DNA from: a virus
Reading direction: 5' to 3' (one strand)
DNA length: 64,000 nucleotides
IMG/VR virus record: IMGVR_UViG_3300023178_000017
Coordinates: 1 to 64,000 of that record
The notes under the pieces were generated by a model. The model saw only the letters and a list, made by a program, of their open reading frames with translations, was not told the DNA's origin and ran no database searches. Shown here piece after piece: positions 8,765 to 18,422 of this stretch (position 1 is the stretch's first letter; each line of letters starts with the position of its first letter). Position numbers and translations under genes: made by a program.

Positions 8765-9956
8765 TATACTCTGAAGTCTCTGATTCGTCTAGAGGATTTT
8801 CATCATTAAGTGAAACACCCTCATCGACTTTAGTGTAGAGGTCAAGAACAGCAGCTCTTGTCTCTTCATCGAACCTTGAGATACACATTTCGATTGACTT
8901 GAGTTTGTCGTCAAACATTCTGAAAGCGTTGACGATGTGAACAAGTCTTCTTGTTGTGATAACATCATCGATTGCACCCTCGTAGTATGTCTTTCTGATT
9001 ATGTCAGCCCAATCTACTAACTTGGTTGTGAACTCAGTGTCGACTTCACCAGTCAATGCCATTTCTTTCTCAAGAATTTTTCTCTCAGTTGTCACTGGAG
9101 GATATTCTTGTTGCATAGTGATCGCAAACCTTTCAAGCATCGCTTCGTTCATGATCTGAGTTCCGATGAACTTGCCATCTTCTGAACCTTGACCTTTAGT
9201 GTTTGCAGTCGCAAGAATAGTGAAACCCTCTTTAGGTGTCACCCACTCACCAGTTTTCTTGATCAAGTAACCTTTACCTTCAAGAACTGATTGTAAACAC
9301 ATAAGTTTGTTAGAACCAAGATCGACTTCGTCTAAGAGAAGAACAGCGCCTTTTCTCATTGCCTTGATAACAGGGCCTTCTCTGAACTCAATGTTACCAT
9401 TGACTAGAGTGTGACCACCCATTAGATCATCTTCATCGGTCTCAATAGTGATATTGACTCTGTAGAGTTCTCTCTTCAGTTGAGCACAAACCTGTTCGAT
9501 CATCAAAGTCTTACCGTTACCAGAAAGACCTGTGACAAAAACAGGGAAGAAAATCTTCGACTTGATTATGTTCTTGACATCTTTGAAATGTCCGAAAGGA
9601 ACATAATTAGTCATTTTCTCAGGAACAATTTTGACATTGTCTTCTAAGATGTTAATCGATTCTGTCTGAGCAGCAACAGGCATGTTGCTTTGAACTTTAG
9701 CAGGAATCGCCCTTGTTGTCATAGGAACAACATTACTATTGATCAAAGGTGTTAGATCAAAAGTAGTTTTAGTATCATTCGTAAATGGATACTTTTTAGA
9801 TTTTACCCAATAGGGTACATAATCCAGAGTGTCTAAATCCTCTTTCGAGAAAACAGACTGATCTGGAAAATTAGTTTTTAGAGTGTTTATAAACTCTACT
9901 TTATCTGGTGATAACCTAAAATTCTTATCACCTAGATTGATAACTTCACTTCTCAT
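8742..9956 (-). CDS. CobS/MoxR-like AAA+ ATPase
   Basis: GLSGNGKT, LLLDEVD, ATANTKGQG, NEAMLERF. Confidence 0.88.
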   Translation of the reverse strand: MRSEVINLGDKNFRLSPDKVEFINTLKTNFPDQSVFSKEDLDTLDYVPYWVKSKKYPFTNDTKTTFDLTPLINSNVVPMTTRAIPAKVQSNMPVAAQTESINILEDNVKIVPEKMTNYVPFGHFKDVKNIIKSKIFFPVFVTGLSGNGKTLMIEQVCAQLKRELYRVNITIETDEDDLMGGHTLVNGNIEFREGPVIKAMRKGAVLLLDEVDLGSNKLMCLQSVLEGKGYLIKKTGEWVTPKEGFTILATANTKGQGSEDGKFIGTQIMNEAMLERFAITMQQEYPPVTTERKILEKEMALTGEVDTEFTTKLVDWADIIRKTYYEGAIDDVITTRRLVHIVNAFRMFDDKLKSIEMCISRFDEETRAAVLDLYTKVDEGVSLNDENPLDESETSEYNDTDEYV

Positions 9957-9997
9957 ATAGTCTCCTTAAAAATATCAGTTAATCTCATCATGATTCC

Positions 9998-10027
9998 ATC
10001 CTACTAAAAAACAGCACCCATTGTCAA
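9998..10027 (-). promoter_or_regulatory. Sigma70-type early promoter TTGACA-N18-TAGGAT
   Basis: One of three similar TTGACAATG-initiated elements; precedes the CobS-like gene. Confidence 0.65.
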
Positions 10028-10032
10028 CCATG

Positions 10033-10302
10033 TTATTCGATTGGTTTCAATAGTCTGCCTAGATCAACATCAATAGATGTCTTCTTCTTTTTTCTCATAG
10101 TGAAATAAGAATCGTTGTTGACCCAATATCTGAATGCCTTACATTCTACTTTTTCTAAGGCACATTCTTCTTGCCTCTTACAGTCAAACTTTACACATGG
10201 GCCTTTACCCACCTGAATCATCGCTTCTGCAAGTTTATTTGTATTAAATCCTGGATCTCTAGGACTTTCATACTCGGTTATATCAATTGCTAAATTTCTC
10301 AT
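10033..10302 (-). CDS. Hypothetical Cys-containing protein
   Basis: Four Cys (PCVKFDC...EC...EC); coupled to the upstream gene. Confidence 0.65.
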   Translation of the reverse strand: MRNLAIDITEYESPRDPGFNTNKLAEAMIQVGKGPCVKFDCKRQEECALEKVECKAFRYWVNNDSYFTMRKKKKTSIDVDLGRLLKPIE

Positions 10303-12635
10303 TATGCGATCTCCTTTATGAACTCGTTTGTTAAAAATCTAGAAGTAGTTTTAGATTTCTGATTTCTTTTGAAAGCAGAAAGTACTTTAGACTTCTTAGC
10401 ACCCACTAAGTCTGTGTCTAACTCATCATCACCTGAAGCAAGTAGGTTGTTTGATGTAGTTAAGAATAGTTTGTTGTAGCCTTTTGAGTTAACTACTAAA
10501 CCTGTTTTTTTCATTTGTCTCCAAGAAGAAGCTTCTTCTGACCATGAAATCTCTTTGAGATAGTAAACTAGGTTTGAGAAGTCTCTCTTTTTACTGAAGA
10601 TAAAGTAACCTGTGATAGTGACACCAGTTGTATCTGATATCCATTCTAATAAATTGCAAGTTCTATTCCATGCATCAATGTAATTACCATCGAACAGATA
10701 AGACGCCTTTGTGTACGGATCTTTTAGATATCTGTGAGACGTGCCTCTCCATGAATCTTCTGTTTCTTGTGATCTCTGATCAGCATACTCTTCATCTGTT
10801 TTCTTTAACATTTGAGATTCGTGGGAAAAACCGTCAGTAACAACTGTTAAGATTGATTTTTCAATACCATATCTTTTGTTAAATGCAGGTACTAACTTTC
10901 TCATAGCAATGATACTGTGATCAAGTGGAGTACCACTGAAATTGTATTTGTTAGGAACAATATTCCAAGTTAATGATCCTGAGTCTTGTGTAAGGTCATA
11001 ACCAGTTGCTTCAAAGAATGCTTCTGTCTTCTCATTAGTTTGCCAGTAGTTAATGTTTCTTGCCCATGACCCAATGTAAAGTTGAGATATAGCATTCAAA
11101 GCTTTTTTATGTTCTCTACCTGTCATTTCATTTGAAAGAATCTCAATTAATCTTCCGTCATGGTCATACCAAGAACTGTCTGGTGAATAACAATCTGAGA
11201 ACAAATAAACTCTGTAAGGTAGTTGAACTTTTCTACAGAACTCAGCAAGAATAATTGCTTGTTCTAAGATATCTTTTGCTTCGTTAGCAATCGAACCAGA
11301 CCAGTCAAGTAAGACTTGCACACCGTGATTCTTACCTTTAGGAAGATATGTCATTTGTTTGAACACATCATCAATAATCTGATACTTAGCAAGTTTGTTC
11401 ATGTCAAGTTTACCAGACTTAGCAACTCTAGCTCTCACTGCAAGTTTAGCTGTTTGTCTCATATCAAATTCTTTTGCCATATGCATGACAACTTTTTTAC
11501 TTTTGTCGCTTAAGTATTTTGTAACCTTCTCTGACATTTCAATCCATCTAGGATATTCTTTATTGTGCCATTCACTTCTATATTCTTCAGCAGGTTTAGG
11601 TCCATTGTGAGCATCAAAGTCTTTGAAAACATCTTTGTAACCTACGATTATCTTGTCGACAACACCGTCTTTTGCGAAGAATGTGTCGAGGTTACAATAA
11701 GTTTTGATACTTGCATTTTCATCAATAAAATCGTTCTCGTTACTGTGAGCATTGTGTTCTGTGATTGACTCTCTAGCACCATCTTCTGAATCGAACTCAC
11801 CACCCATTTTACCAGAAGTATCTTTACTTAAGTCTCTTTCTTCTTCTGATTCTTCTTCGGTGTTTTGTTCAGAAGAATCATCGCCTTTAGACGCTTGTTC
11901 TTCATCTTCTCCGTCTTCTCCAAAAGTATCTTCGTCTTCATTGTCTTCGTATTCATCGTCTGTGTCCTCCCATTGATCACCAAAAGTTGGTTCTTCATCT
12001 TCTTCATCAAGGTCGATATCGAAGTCGTCACCTAGGAGTGTCTTAACAAGTTGACTATCATCTTCATTTCTTGACTCGTTTTCTTTTGACCATTCATAGA
12101 TTGCATTTGCAACTTGAACAACATCTTCCCATGTCTCACACTTGTAAGAGGCATCTAAGAATGCTTGTTCTACATCATTAAGTTTGATGTTAACTCTTGA
12201 ACCTACTTTTGTAATTAAGTTAATTTTATCAATCAAAGATAGAGATTGAAGGTCTCTATTTTTGATACCAAAGAAATCTTTTTGCATTAGTTCATCATAT
12301 GCTTTGAAGAAAGACTTTCTTAGACCTGCAAATTTGTCTCTGATCTTTCTCTCAATTCTAACGTCTTCTATCACATTGAGATAACCTTTCAATGTTCTAT
12401 TGTTTTTGATAGTAGAGTGTAGACCCTCATAAGGAGTATACAAAGCATGACCTACTTCGTGACCCATAAACAGATCATAAAGTTCGGATGAAATATCATC
12501 TTTGAATGTAGGACAGGCAAGAACCCTGTTCTTAACATCAAAGTATGCAGTTGGAATTGCTTTGTGAACAACAGTAATATTCTCTGTTGCCATTAGTTTT
12601 GCAAGCGTGTCTTTTTGTTGTCTTATCTCAGTCAT
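10302..12635 (-). CDS. CobT-like protein: HEXXH metallopeptidase-like N-domain, acidic linker, VWA domain
   Basis: HEVGHALYT, NVIEDVRIE, acidic linker, MIDAS LLDWSGS, GTPL, VVTDG. Confidence 0.85.
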   Translation of the reverse strand: MTEIRQQKDTLAKLMATENITVVHKAIPTAYFDVKNRVLACPTFKDDISSELYDLFMGHEVGHALYTPYEGLHSTIKNNRTLKGYLNVIEDVRIERKIRDKFAGLRKSFFKAYDELMQKDFFGIKNRDLQSLSLIDKINLITKVGSRVNIKLNDVEQAFLDASYKCETWEDVVQVANAIYEWSKENESRNEDDSQLVKTLLGDDFDIDLDEEDEEPTFGDQWEDTDDEYEDNEDEDTFGEDGEDEEQASKGDDSSEQNTEEESEEERDLSKDTSGKMGGEFDSEDGARESITEHNAHSNENDFIDENASIKTYCNLDTFFAKDGVVDKIIVGYKDVFKDFDAHNGPKPAEEYRSEWHNKEYPRWIEMSEKVTKYLSDKSKKVVMHMAKEFDMRQTAKLAVRARVAKSGKLDMNKLAKYQIIDDVFKQMTYLPKGKNHGVQVLLDWSGSIANEAKDILEQAIILAEFCRKVQLPYRVYLFSDCYSPDSSWYDHDGRLIEILSNEMTGREHKKALNAISQLYIGSWARNINYWQTNEKTEAFFEATGYDLTQDSGSLTWNIVPNKYNFSGTPLDHSIIAMRKLVPAFNKRYGIEKSILTVVTDGFSHESQMLKKTDEEYADQRSQETEDSWRGTSHRYLKDPYTKASYLFDGNYIDAWNRTCNLLEWISDTTGVTITGYFIFSKKRDFSNLVYYLKEISWSEEASSWRQMKKTGLVVNSKGYNKLFLTTSNNLLASGDDELDTDLVGAKKSKVLSAFKRNQKSKTTSRFLTNEFIKEIA

Positions 12636-12641
12636 GTGTAT

Positions 12642-12671
12642 ATCCTACAATTTTTTGGTGGTCATTGTCAA
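12642..12671 (-). promoter_or_regulatory. Sigma70-type early promoter TTGACA-N18-TAGGAT (probably leaderless transcript)
   Basis: -10 box ends 6 nt before the ATG at 12635; no SD visible. Confidence 0.65.
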
Positions 12672-12678
12672 GCGTCTC

Positions 12679-12906
12679 CTAACCCATTGGGCCAGGGGCT
12701 TCCATCGCTTCTTCAAAAAATTGTTCAGAGATTCTATTGATTAGAAACTCTCTTGCTTCATCTAAGTCTAGCTTCCACATTGGTATATTGATACCAAAAT
12801 TTAGATGTAGAACCTGTTTTACTTTGATATTTGACATTGCATCGACTACATCGATTGCATCTGAAATTGCTTTATCAGCAATTAGATCGTTTGAAAAATG
12901 TGACAT
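12679..12906 (-). CDS. Hypothetical early protein
   Basis: SD AAGGAG and an upstream early promoter. Confidence 0.7.
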   Translation of the reverse strand: MSHFSNDLIADKAISDAIDVVDAMSNIKVKQVLHLNFGINIPMWKLDLDEAREFLINRISEQFFEEAMEAPGPMG

Positions 12907-12934
12907 AATTTACTCCTTTTTTTATTTGATGGTA

Positions 12935-12964
12935 ATGGTACCAAAAAATGGAGGTCATTGTCAA
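12935..12964 (-). promoter_or_regulatory. Sigma70-type early promoter TTGACA-N18-TACCAT
   Basis: Shares TTGACAATGACC with the element at 12642-12671. Confidence 0.6.
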
Positions 12965-12967
12965 GCT

Positions 12968-13627
12968 TTACAAGCGTACTGAGTCTTCGTCTAGGTCTAA
13001 GTTGTGAATAGGGTGTTGTATCATTTGTTTGTCTGGATCTGTAGAGAACCAAAATGATATTGTGTGACGTGAGTTTCTTCTCACTTTTGAGACACCATGA
13101 GGAATGTAGATGCCTTGAAACAATAGTCCTGTACCTGCTTCTGGTTCAAATGTTTCACCATCTGGAATGTATGTTCTACCACCTTTGAAGTCATCGTTCA
13201 AATATAGTATACATGTCCATTCTCTGGCAGGTACTATTGTATCTTTTCTTTTTATTTTTGTTTCTTGGTTTGAATATGTATCTAAGTGTGGGTCTTGTAT
13301 ACCACCGATTGGCCATTCGTTTAGAGATATCATTTCAGGCCAAACAGTTTGACGTGAAGTAAGTTTAATTTCTCCAACTAAATCGTAGATGCAACGAAAT
13401 ATAAGGTCTCTGACCCATTGAGTTTTAATGTGTAGAAATCTGATACCTACGTAATCAGAACCGTCTCCAACAGTCTCTAAGTTTCTATGCGCTTTGTGAA
13501 ATAGTATCAGATTCTTCGCTTCTTCCTTCGTCAACAGATGTTGAATCATCTGAGGTTGAAACGGACTCTGACTCTGCGAGTTCTTGTTGTTGTTGGATGA
13601 ATCTTGCGATTGCCATTCGTTTTTCAT
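12968..13627 (-). CDS. 2OG-Fe(II) oxygenase, prolyl 4-hydroxylase-like
   Basis: HLD...WTCILYLNDDFKGG...HGVSKV...RHTISFWF; real start probably MIQH near 13549. Confidence 0.85.
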   Translation of the reverse strand: MKNEWQSQDSSNNNKNSQSQSPFQPQMIQHLLTKEEAKNLILFHKAHRNLETVGDGSDYVGIRFLHIKTQWVRDLIFRCIYDLVGEIKLTSRQTVWPEMISLNEWPIGGIQDPHLDTYSNQETKIKRKDTIVPAREWTCILYLNDDFKGGRTYIPDGETFEPEAGTGLLFQGIYIPHGVSKVRRNSRHTISFWFSTDPDKQMIQHPIHNLDLDEDSVRL

Positions 13628-14129
13628 ATTCTAATCGTTTTCTTTCTTCCTTTGGTCGTGCTTTCAATGCTCTTTCGAGTTTTAATCTTGAGGCACGTTG
13701 TAAGAAGATTACACCATTTAAGTGATCTATCTCGTGTTGTACACATCGAGCTGCTAGACCATCTAGCACTAACGTATGTTTTTCACCATCACTATCTTGG
13801 TATTCAAACTCTATTGTCTTTGATCTTTTGATCATTAGATAGATGTCTGGAAAAGAAAGACAACCCTCTTTCATAAGATCGGTATCTTGTGATGCTTTAG
13901 TTAACTTAGGGTTAAAGAAACCTACTGTACCTTTATCAGCAGTTTTCATAACAAACATTTTGTATGGTAGACCAACCTGATTTGCTGATAGGCCAATACC
14001 ACCGAATTTATCCATCGCCTCTGCCATATTCTTTTCGATTTCCTTAGGGTCTTCCTTAGGGTTCTCAAAGTCAAACTCGGGTGGTGGAGTTCTGAGTACT
14101 TTACTTGCTTCTTCTATAAGTTCATACAT
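13485..14129 (-). CDS. def: Peptide deformylase
   Basis: GIGLSANQVG, EGCLS, QHEIDHLNG motifs. Confidence 0.95.
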   Translation of the reverse strand: MYELIEEASKVLRTPPPEFDFENPKEDPKEIEKNMAEAMDKFGGIGLSANQVGLPYKMFVMKTADKGTVGFFNPKLTKASQDTDLMKEGCLSFPDIYLMIKRSKTIEFEYQDSDGEKHTLVLDGLAARCVQHEIDHLNGVIFLQRASRLKLERALKARPKEERKRLEYEKRMAIARFIQQQQELAESESVSTSDDSTSVDEGRSEESDTISQSA

Positions 14130-14137
14130 AGTTTTAT

Positions 14138-15856
14138 TTATTGCACTGAAATTCTTGAGAAGTTCTTATACTTCTCAAATCTAATGACCTCTTCAAACTT
14201 ATCGTAGAGTTGGTCGCCTTTGTGTGATATGATGAAAGCATTTGTCTTCTCTGATAGAGTATTTAACAATCTTAAGAAGTCATCGGTACCTTGAGCATCT
14301 AATGAAGAATCAAAAACCTCATCTAATATTAATAGGTTAGTGTTCACCGAATTCTTCATTCTTGCAACTGCTCTCCATGTAAAGAGAAGCGCAAGGTCAA
14401 TTCTCATCTTTTCACCTTGTGAGAAGTTATCATATTTGAAAACGTCTCTAAATCTGGACTTGATAGTCTCTTCGAAACCTTCATCAAGTTCAAACCCAAC
14501 ATAAAACTCCAATGATGATAGATACTTGTTGATTAACTTGTTCATCACTGGAACATATTGTTTAATAATTTTTTGTTTGACACCCTCGTCTCTTAAGAGT
14601 AAGGCTGCTATCTCATAGTAATGACTCTTTTCTGTTAGAGATTTCTTTTTACTCTCTAGTTTATCTAGGTCGTCTTCACTTGAGGTTAGTCTGTCCTGTA
14701 CACCACCGTCACTCTGGATGCTATTTCTAAGTTCTTCTATCTGAGAGGTTATCTTCTGTATGTACTTTTGATTAGACAACACTTCGGTCTGTAGAAGTCC
14801 TATTTCTCTTTGGACTTCTGTAATTTCTGATTGTATTCCTGTGATTCGATCAACTTCGTCATTGAGTTCTTTAAGTTGGTCGTCAAGAGTAGACATCGCC
14901 GTCTTGATCTCAGAGATTTTATCAGATTTTTCCTGAATGTGTTTCTTCTTGTGTTCATGATCTAAACCTTGTTTACAGGTTGGGCAGTTGTCATTGTTTT
15001 CGTAGAATTCAATATCTGCAAGTGCTTTCTTTCTAGCTGCTTCGAGTTGTTTCTCCACATCAATAACTTGTTTAAGTTTATTTTCTGTAGAATCTTTACT
15101 CTTGATGGCGGATTCTTTCTCCACCACATTTTCCGTCTTTTCATTGATTTTCCCCATTAAAGATTGAATATTAGTTTCAGTTTCTTTCACGGTTTTTTCA
15201 TACTTATCAATTTGTTCATCACGTGTTTGTTGAAGTGCATTCATCTGATCAGTCAAGCCAGCAATTCTTTCTTCCATAATCTCGACTTGATGTTCAGTGT
15301 CTTTCAGTTCAATTCTATGATCTGCAAATTTCTTCCTTAGTATGTCTTTCATAGTAGAGAAGATAGAAATATCTAATAGGTCTTCAACTAGTTTACGTCT
15401 ATCACGAGCTCTTAGCTGCATGAATGGAGTAAAGTTAGCTGAACCTAAAATTGCCACTTGAGTGAAGGAACGATAACTCATTTTGAGTATGTTCTTTTCT
15501 AAGTGATCTTGGTAGTCTCTCATTGTTGCATCTTGGTTGATCAGGACATCACTAAGATAGAGTTCGAATTTATTTGGTTTTGCACCACGAATTACTTTGT
15601 AGTTTTTCTTACCTACAGAAAATTCGATCTCAACAATGAGTTCTTTTTCATTTATTGAATTGATTAATAGTTCTTTCTTAAGGTTTCTAAAACCTTTACC
15701 ATATAAACCAAAACAAAGGGCATCAAGTAAAGTAGATTTACCTGCACCATTTTCACCAAGAATTAGTGTTGTTTGTGAACGATCTAATTCGATGGTGGTA
15801 AACTTATTACCAGATGAAAGTAGATTCTTCCATCTAATCTTTTTAAAATGTATCAT
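14138..15856 (-). CDS. gp46: Recombination endonuclease subunit (Rad50/SbcC-like)
   Basis: GENGAGKST, CPTC zinc hook, FSQGEKMRIDLA, LILDEVFD. Confidence 0.96.
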   Translation of the reverse strand: MIHFKKIRWKNLLSSGNKFTTIELDRSQTTLILGENGAGKSTLLDALCFGLYGKGFRNLKKELLINSINEKELIVEIEFSVGKKNYKVIRGAKPNKFELYLSDVLINQDATMRDYQDHLEKNILKMSYRSFTQVAILGSANFTPFMQLRARDRRKLVEDLLDISIFSTMKDILRKKFADHRIELKDTEHQVEIMEERIAGLTDQMNALQQTRDEQIDKYEKTVKETETNIQSLMGKINEKTENVVEKESAIKSKDSTENKLKQVIDVEKQLEAARKKALADIEFYENNDNCPTCKQGLDHEHKKKHIQEKSDKISEIKTAMSTLDDQLKELNDEVDRITGIQSEITEVQREIGLLQTEVLSNQKYIQKITSQIEELRNSIQSDGGVQDRLTSSEDDLDKLESKKKSLTEKSHYYEIAALLLRDEGVKQKIIKQYVPVMNKLINKYLSSLEFYVGFELDEGFEETIKSRFRDVFKYDNFSQGEKMRIDLALLFTWRAVARMKNSVNTNLLILDEVFDSSLDAQGTDDFLRLLNTLSEKTNAFIISHKGDQLYDKFEEVIRFEKYKNFSRISVQ

Positions 15857-16920
15857 AGATAAGCGTGTTCATCCAATGCTTCATTATACAACGAAGTTAT
15901 CATTTCTGACAATTGGGTTTTGTCACCTTGTATCTCCAGAGAGTCAATATATTTACTGAGTATTGTTAATGTATCTTCCACGCCTTCGAGTTCTTCATCT
16001 GATAGTAAGTCCATGTGTTTATGGTCATCTACTACAGTCATGTGTAAAGGATTAACTGCATGTAACTTATCTATCATACTGTCAAATAGATATGGATTTT
16101 CTTTGTTGACTACGACCACCTTAACAAATTTGTTTGAGTACTTGTCGTAATCTTTATTCATAATGGTCTCAAAGGTTTCTTTTTCATCATCATAGAATAC
16201 CTTTTCAAACATTGTTAAAGGGTTTAAAACTGGTGTTAACTCTTGTGTTTCTGTATCAAAGATATGGAAATATTTTGGGTCTCCATAATCTGACCATGTA
16301 AATTGCATTTGACTTCCTAGATATCTACAGTTCTTCACTTCAGATTTACTATGAAAGTGGCCACTGTAAACTTTATCGAATCTTTTTAAGTAACTGATAT
16401 CTAAACCGTGAGAACACACGGCACCAGGCATCATCAATGCACCTTCGATTTCAAAGTGACCCATACAAACACTAGCATTTGCTGATAACAGAAAGTCTAC
16501 TGAGTCTGCATAGTTTTCATTATTAATCCATGGTACAAGTGCAATATTAAAACCATCGTATTCTTTTACTGAAGGTTCTGTGATCACATTGATTGAATCA
16601 TCACCAAATAGTAATAACTCTGGTGCATTCACATCGTTTGTTGATTTATAATAGACATCATGGTTACCTATAATAAGGTCCATAGATATGCCTTGTTCAA
16701 GCATAGGTTTAATAAAGTGTTCTCTATTTGCCTTAAGACTTGCAAAGTTTACATACTTACGTCTATCAAAGTAATCACCCAAATGAATGATGTGTTTGAT
16801 GTCATGTTCAGCTAGGTATGGAAAGAAGACTTCATTGTAGAAACGACCTTGATATTCGGCCATTGCAACCATGTCACCTCTGACACCTGCATGAGTATCA
16901 TTTAATAGAGCTATTTTCAT
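15853..16920 (-). CDS. gp47: Recombination endonuclease subunit (Mre11/SbcD-like)
   Basis: DTH, LGDYFD, GNHD, GHFH metallophosphoesterase motifs. Confidence 0.95.
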   Translation of the reverse strand: MKIALLNDTHAGVRGDMVAMAEYQGRFYNEVFFPYLAEHDIKHIIHLGDYFDRRKYVNFASLKANREHFIKPMLEQGISMDLIIGNHDVYYKSTNDVNAPELLLFGDDSINVITEPSVKEYDGFNIALVPWINNENYADSVDFLLSANASVCMGHFEIEGALMMPGAVCSHGLDISYLKRFDKVYSGHFHSKSEVKNCRYLGSQMQFTWSDYGDPKYFHIFDTETQELTPVLNPLTMFEKVFYDDEKETFETIMNKDYDKYSNKFVKVVVVNKENPYLFDSMIDKLHAVNPLHMTVVDDHKHMDLLSDEELEGVEDTLTILSKYIDSLEIQGDKTQLSEMITSLYNEALDEHAYL

Positions 16921-17468
16921 TCAGTAAAGTTATCTAAGTTTTTTTTCGTTGTTGCTTTCTTTGTTCTTTTTGATTTTCTTGGTTCGTACTCGACTGGATT
17001 CATATTCTCTTGCATCCACTCAACGTTTGTATTTGACAAACTAGGGTCATATACTCCATCTATTGTATCGAATCCTACCTCTGTTAAGCCTGTTTCATTG
17101 ATAAGTTTTTGCTTTACGAATACTTGTTTTTTCTCCTTTTGTATTCTTCTTAAAAATGCATAGTAACAAATCTGTGTTACGTAGGCAAAGGCATTGTCTG
17201 ATTTTTCTCTGTTGAAATTGTTGATATATTGTATGCAGTTTTCAATTGCATCACAAATCATTTCATCCCTATAAGTATAGTTGATGAAGTTTGGTCTAGT
17301 AGATAGTCGTGTAGCGATCTTATAGATGCATTCGCCTATGTAGTTTGACATTTGGGGAGGTGTTTTCCCCTTTGACTCGGCAAGTTTAACTGACTCATTA
17401 AACTCGGCGACAGCTGCTGTGAACTCTTTGTTGTTTACATAGTGTTCATTTTGTTTTTTCGTAGTCAT
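16917..17468 (-). CDS. gp55: Late transcription sigma factor
   Basis: HYVNNKEF...YIGECIYKIA..LS.RPNF.NYTYRDEMI.D...NAFAYVTQI. Confidence 0.95.
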   Translation of the reverse strand: MTTKKQNEHYVNNKEFTAAVAEFNESVKLAESKGKTPPQMSNYIGECIYKIATRLSTRPNFINYTYRDEMICDAIENCIQYINNFNREKSDNAFAYVTQICYYAFLRRIQKEKKQVFVKQKLINETGLTEVGFDTIDGVYDPSLSNTNVEWMQENMNPVEYEPRKSKRTKKATTKKNLDNFTE

Positions 17469-17474
17469 AAAGGG

Positions 17475-17504
17475 ATATTACACTAAAAACGTTGATCCTG
17501 TAAG
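17475..17504 (-). promoter_or_regulatory. Putative sigma70-type promoter for gp55 (CTTACA-N18-TAATAT)
   Basis: Same 18 nt spacing as the other early promoters; -10 ends 6 nt before the ATG. Confidence 0.45.
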
Positions 17505-17600
17505 GGGTTTTTAGGTATTTATTAAATCTAATTTTTTTTGGAAAAGGGGGTGTTTGGATTTCAAATCATATGATATGATTATTATGTTCGCTGAGAAGCC

Positions 17601-17825
17601 TTATCCTATTAGGTAGCCACTCAACATCATTACTGCCCCCATTGCAAAGACACAACTTAATTGAATGATTGTTGGTATTACTACAAACAAAAGAAGTGGA
17701 TCGAAATCACCCTTTGAAAAGAAGTCTTCTTCTCTCCACTTCTCAAACTCTTCAGGCGTAGCGTCTGTAGTTTTATTTAGTTGTAGTTGTAACTGTTGCG
17801 GATATCTCATCTTTATGTTTTGCAT
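17601..17825 (-). CDS. Small membrane hypothetical protein
   Basis: C-terminal hydrophobic segment; start uncertain. Confidence 0.55.
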   Translation of the reverse strand: MQNIKMRYPQQLQLQLNKTTDATPEEFEKWREEDFFSKGDFDPLLLFVVIPTIIQLSCVFAMGAVMMLSGYLIG

Positions 17826-17934
17826 TACTGCTGTTTTGTTGATATAAAATATATTCGATCTCGCTCATAGGAGCGTGCTTCAAATACGCAACACTTATTA
17901 CAATACTTGTGAATAAAATAAGTAAAACTTCCAT
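17773..17934 (-). CDS. Small membrane protein (53 aa)
   Basis: Hand translation MEVLLILFTSIVISVAYLKHAPM...; TAATG coupling with the EF-hand gene. Confidence 0.5.
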   Translation of the reverse strand: MEVLLILFTSIVISVAYLKHAPMSEIEYILYQQNSSNAKHKDEISATVTTTTK

Positions 17935-18185
17935 TATGCCCTAGGACATCTTCTACGAATGATGTAGTCAGATGCTTTTCGTAGTTCTTTTTTCGATAAT
18001 ACGCCATCGCCGTTTTTATCGGCAGCTTTAAATAGGCCAACACGTACCGTACAACCTGAATCTCTCAATTCTTGTTGAGTAACGAAACCGTTACTATCTA
18101 GGTCAAATTTTCTCATTCTCCAATCATCGGCGAAAGCCTCACTTGTGATCAAGAGCATTGTAGTTAAAGCAAATAATTTTTTCAT
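17934..18185 (-). CDS. Secreted EF-hand protein
   Basis: Signal peptide (AFA|DD); two EF-hand loops DLDSNGFVTQQE and DKNGDGVLSKKE; SD AGGAG. Confidence 0.8.
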   Translation of the reverse strand: MKKLFALTTMLLITSEAFADDWRMRKFDLDSNGFVTQQELRDSGCTVRVGLFKAADKNGDGVLSKKELRKASDYIIRRRCPRA

Positions 18186-18194
18186 GTTTTCTCC

Positions 18195-18329
18195 TTAGAC
18201 TATTGGCGCAATCGCTACTGTGCATGAAATGAATACAAAACATAGAACAATAAGTTCTAAGGCATCTACTAAGTTAGATTCATCCAACTCAGAAATTTCA
18301 TCTTTTAATTTTTTAACTAGCTCAGTCAT
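18195..18329 (-). CDS. Small membrane protein (44 aa)
   Basis: Hand translation MTELVKKLKDEISE...LIVLCFVFISCTVAIAPIV; SD GGAG. Confidence 0.55.
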   Translation of the reverse strand: MTELVKKLKDEISELDESNLVDALELIVLCFVFISCTVAIAPIV

Positions 18330-18422
18330 GATTCTCCATTAATAAGTAAATTATATAATATAATATAATTCTTGGTTATAAACGCAATTATTTAGTAAGT
18401 TAATGAACCTAACAAATAGGTT

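Noticed and set aside
17825-18043. 72 aa ORF from the track
   Set aside because: Overlaps the EF-hand gene; the alternative frame 17773..17934 has TAATG coupling and a TM segment.
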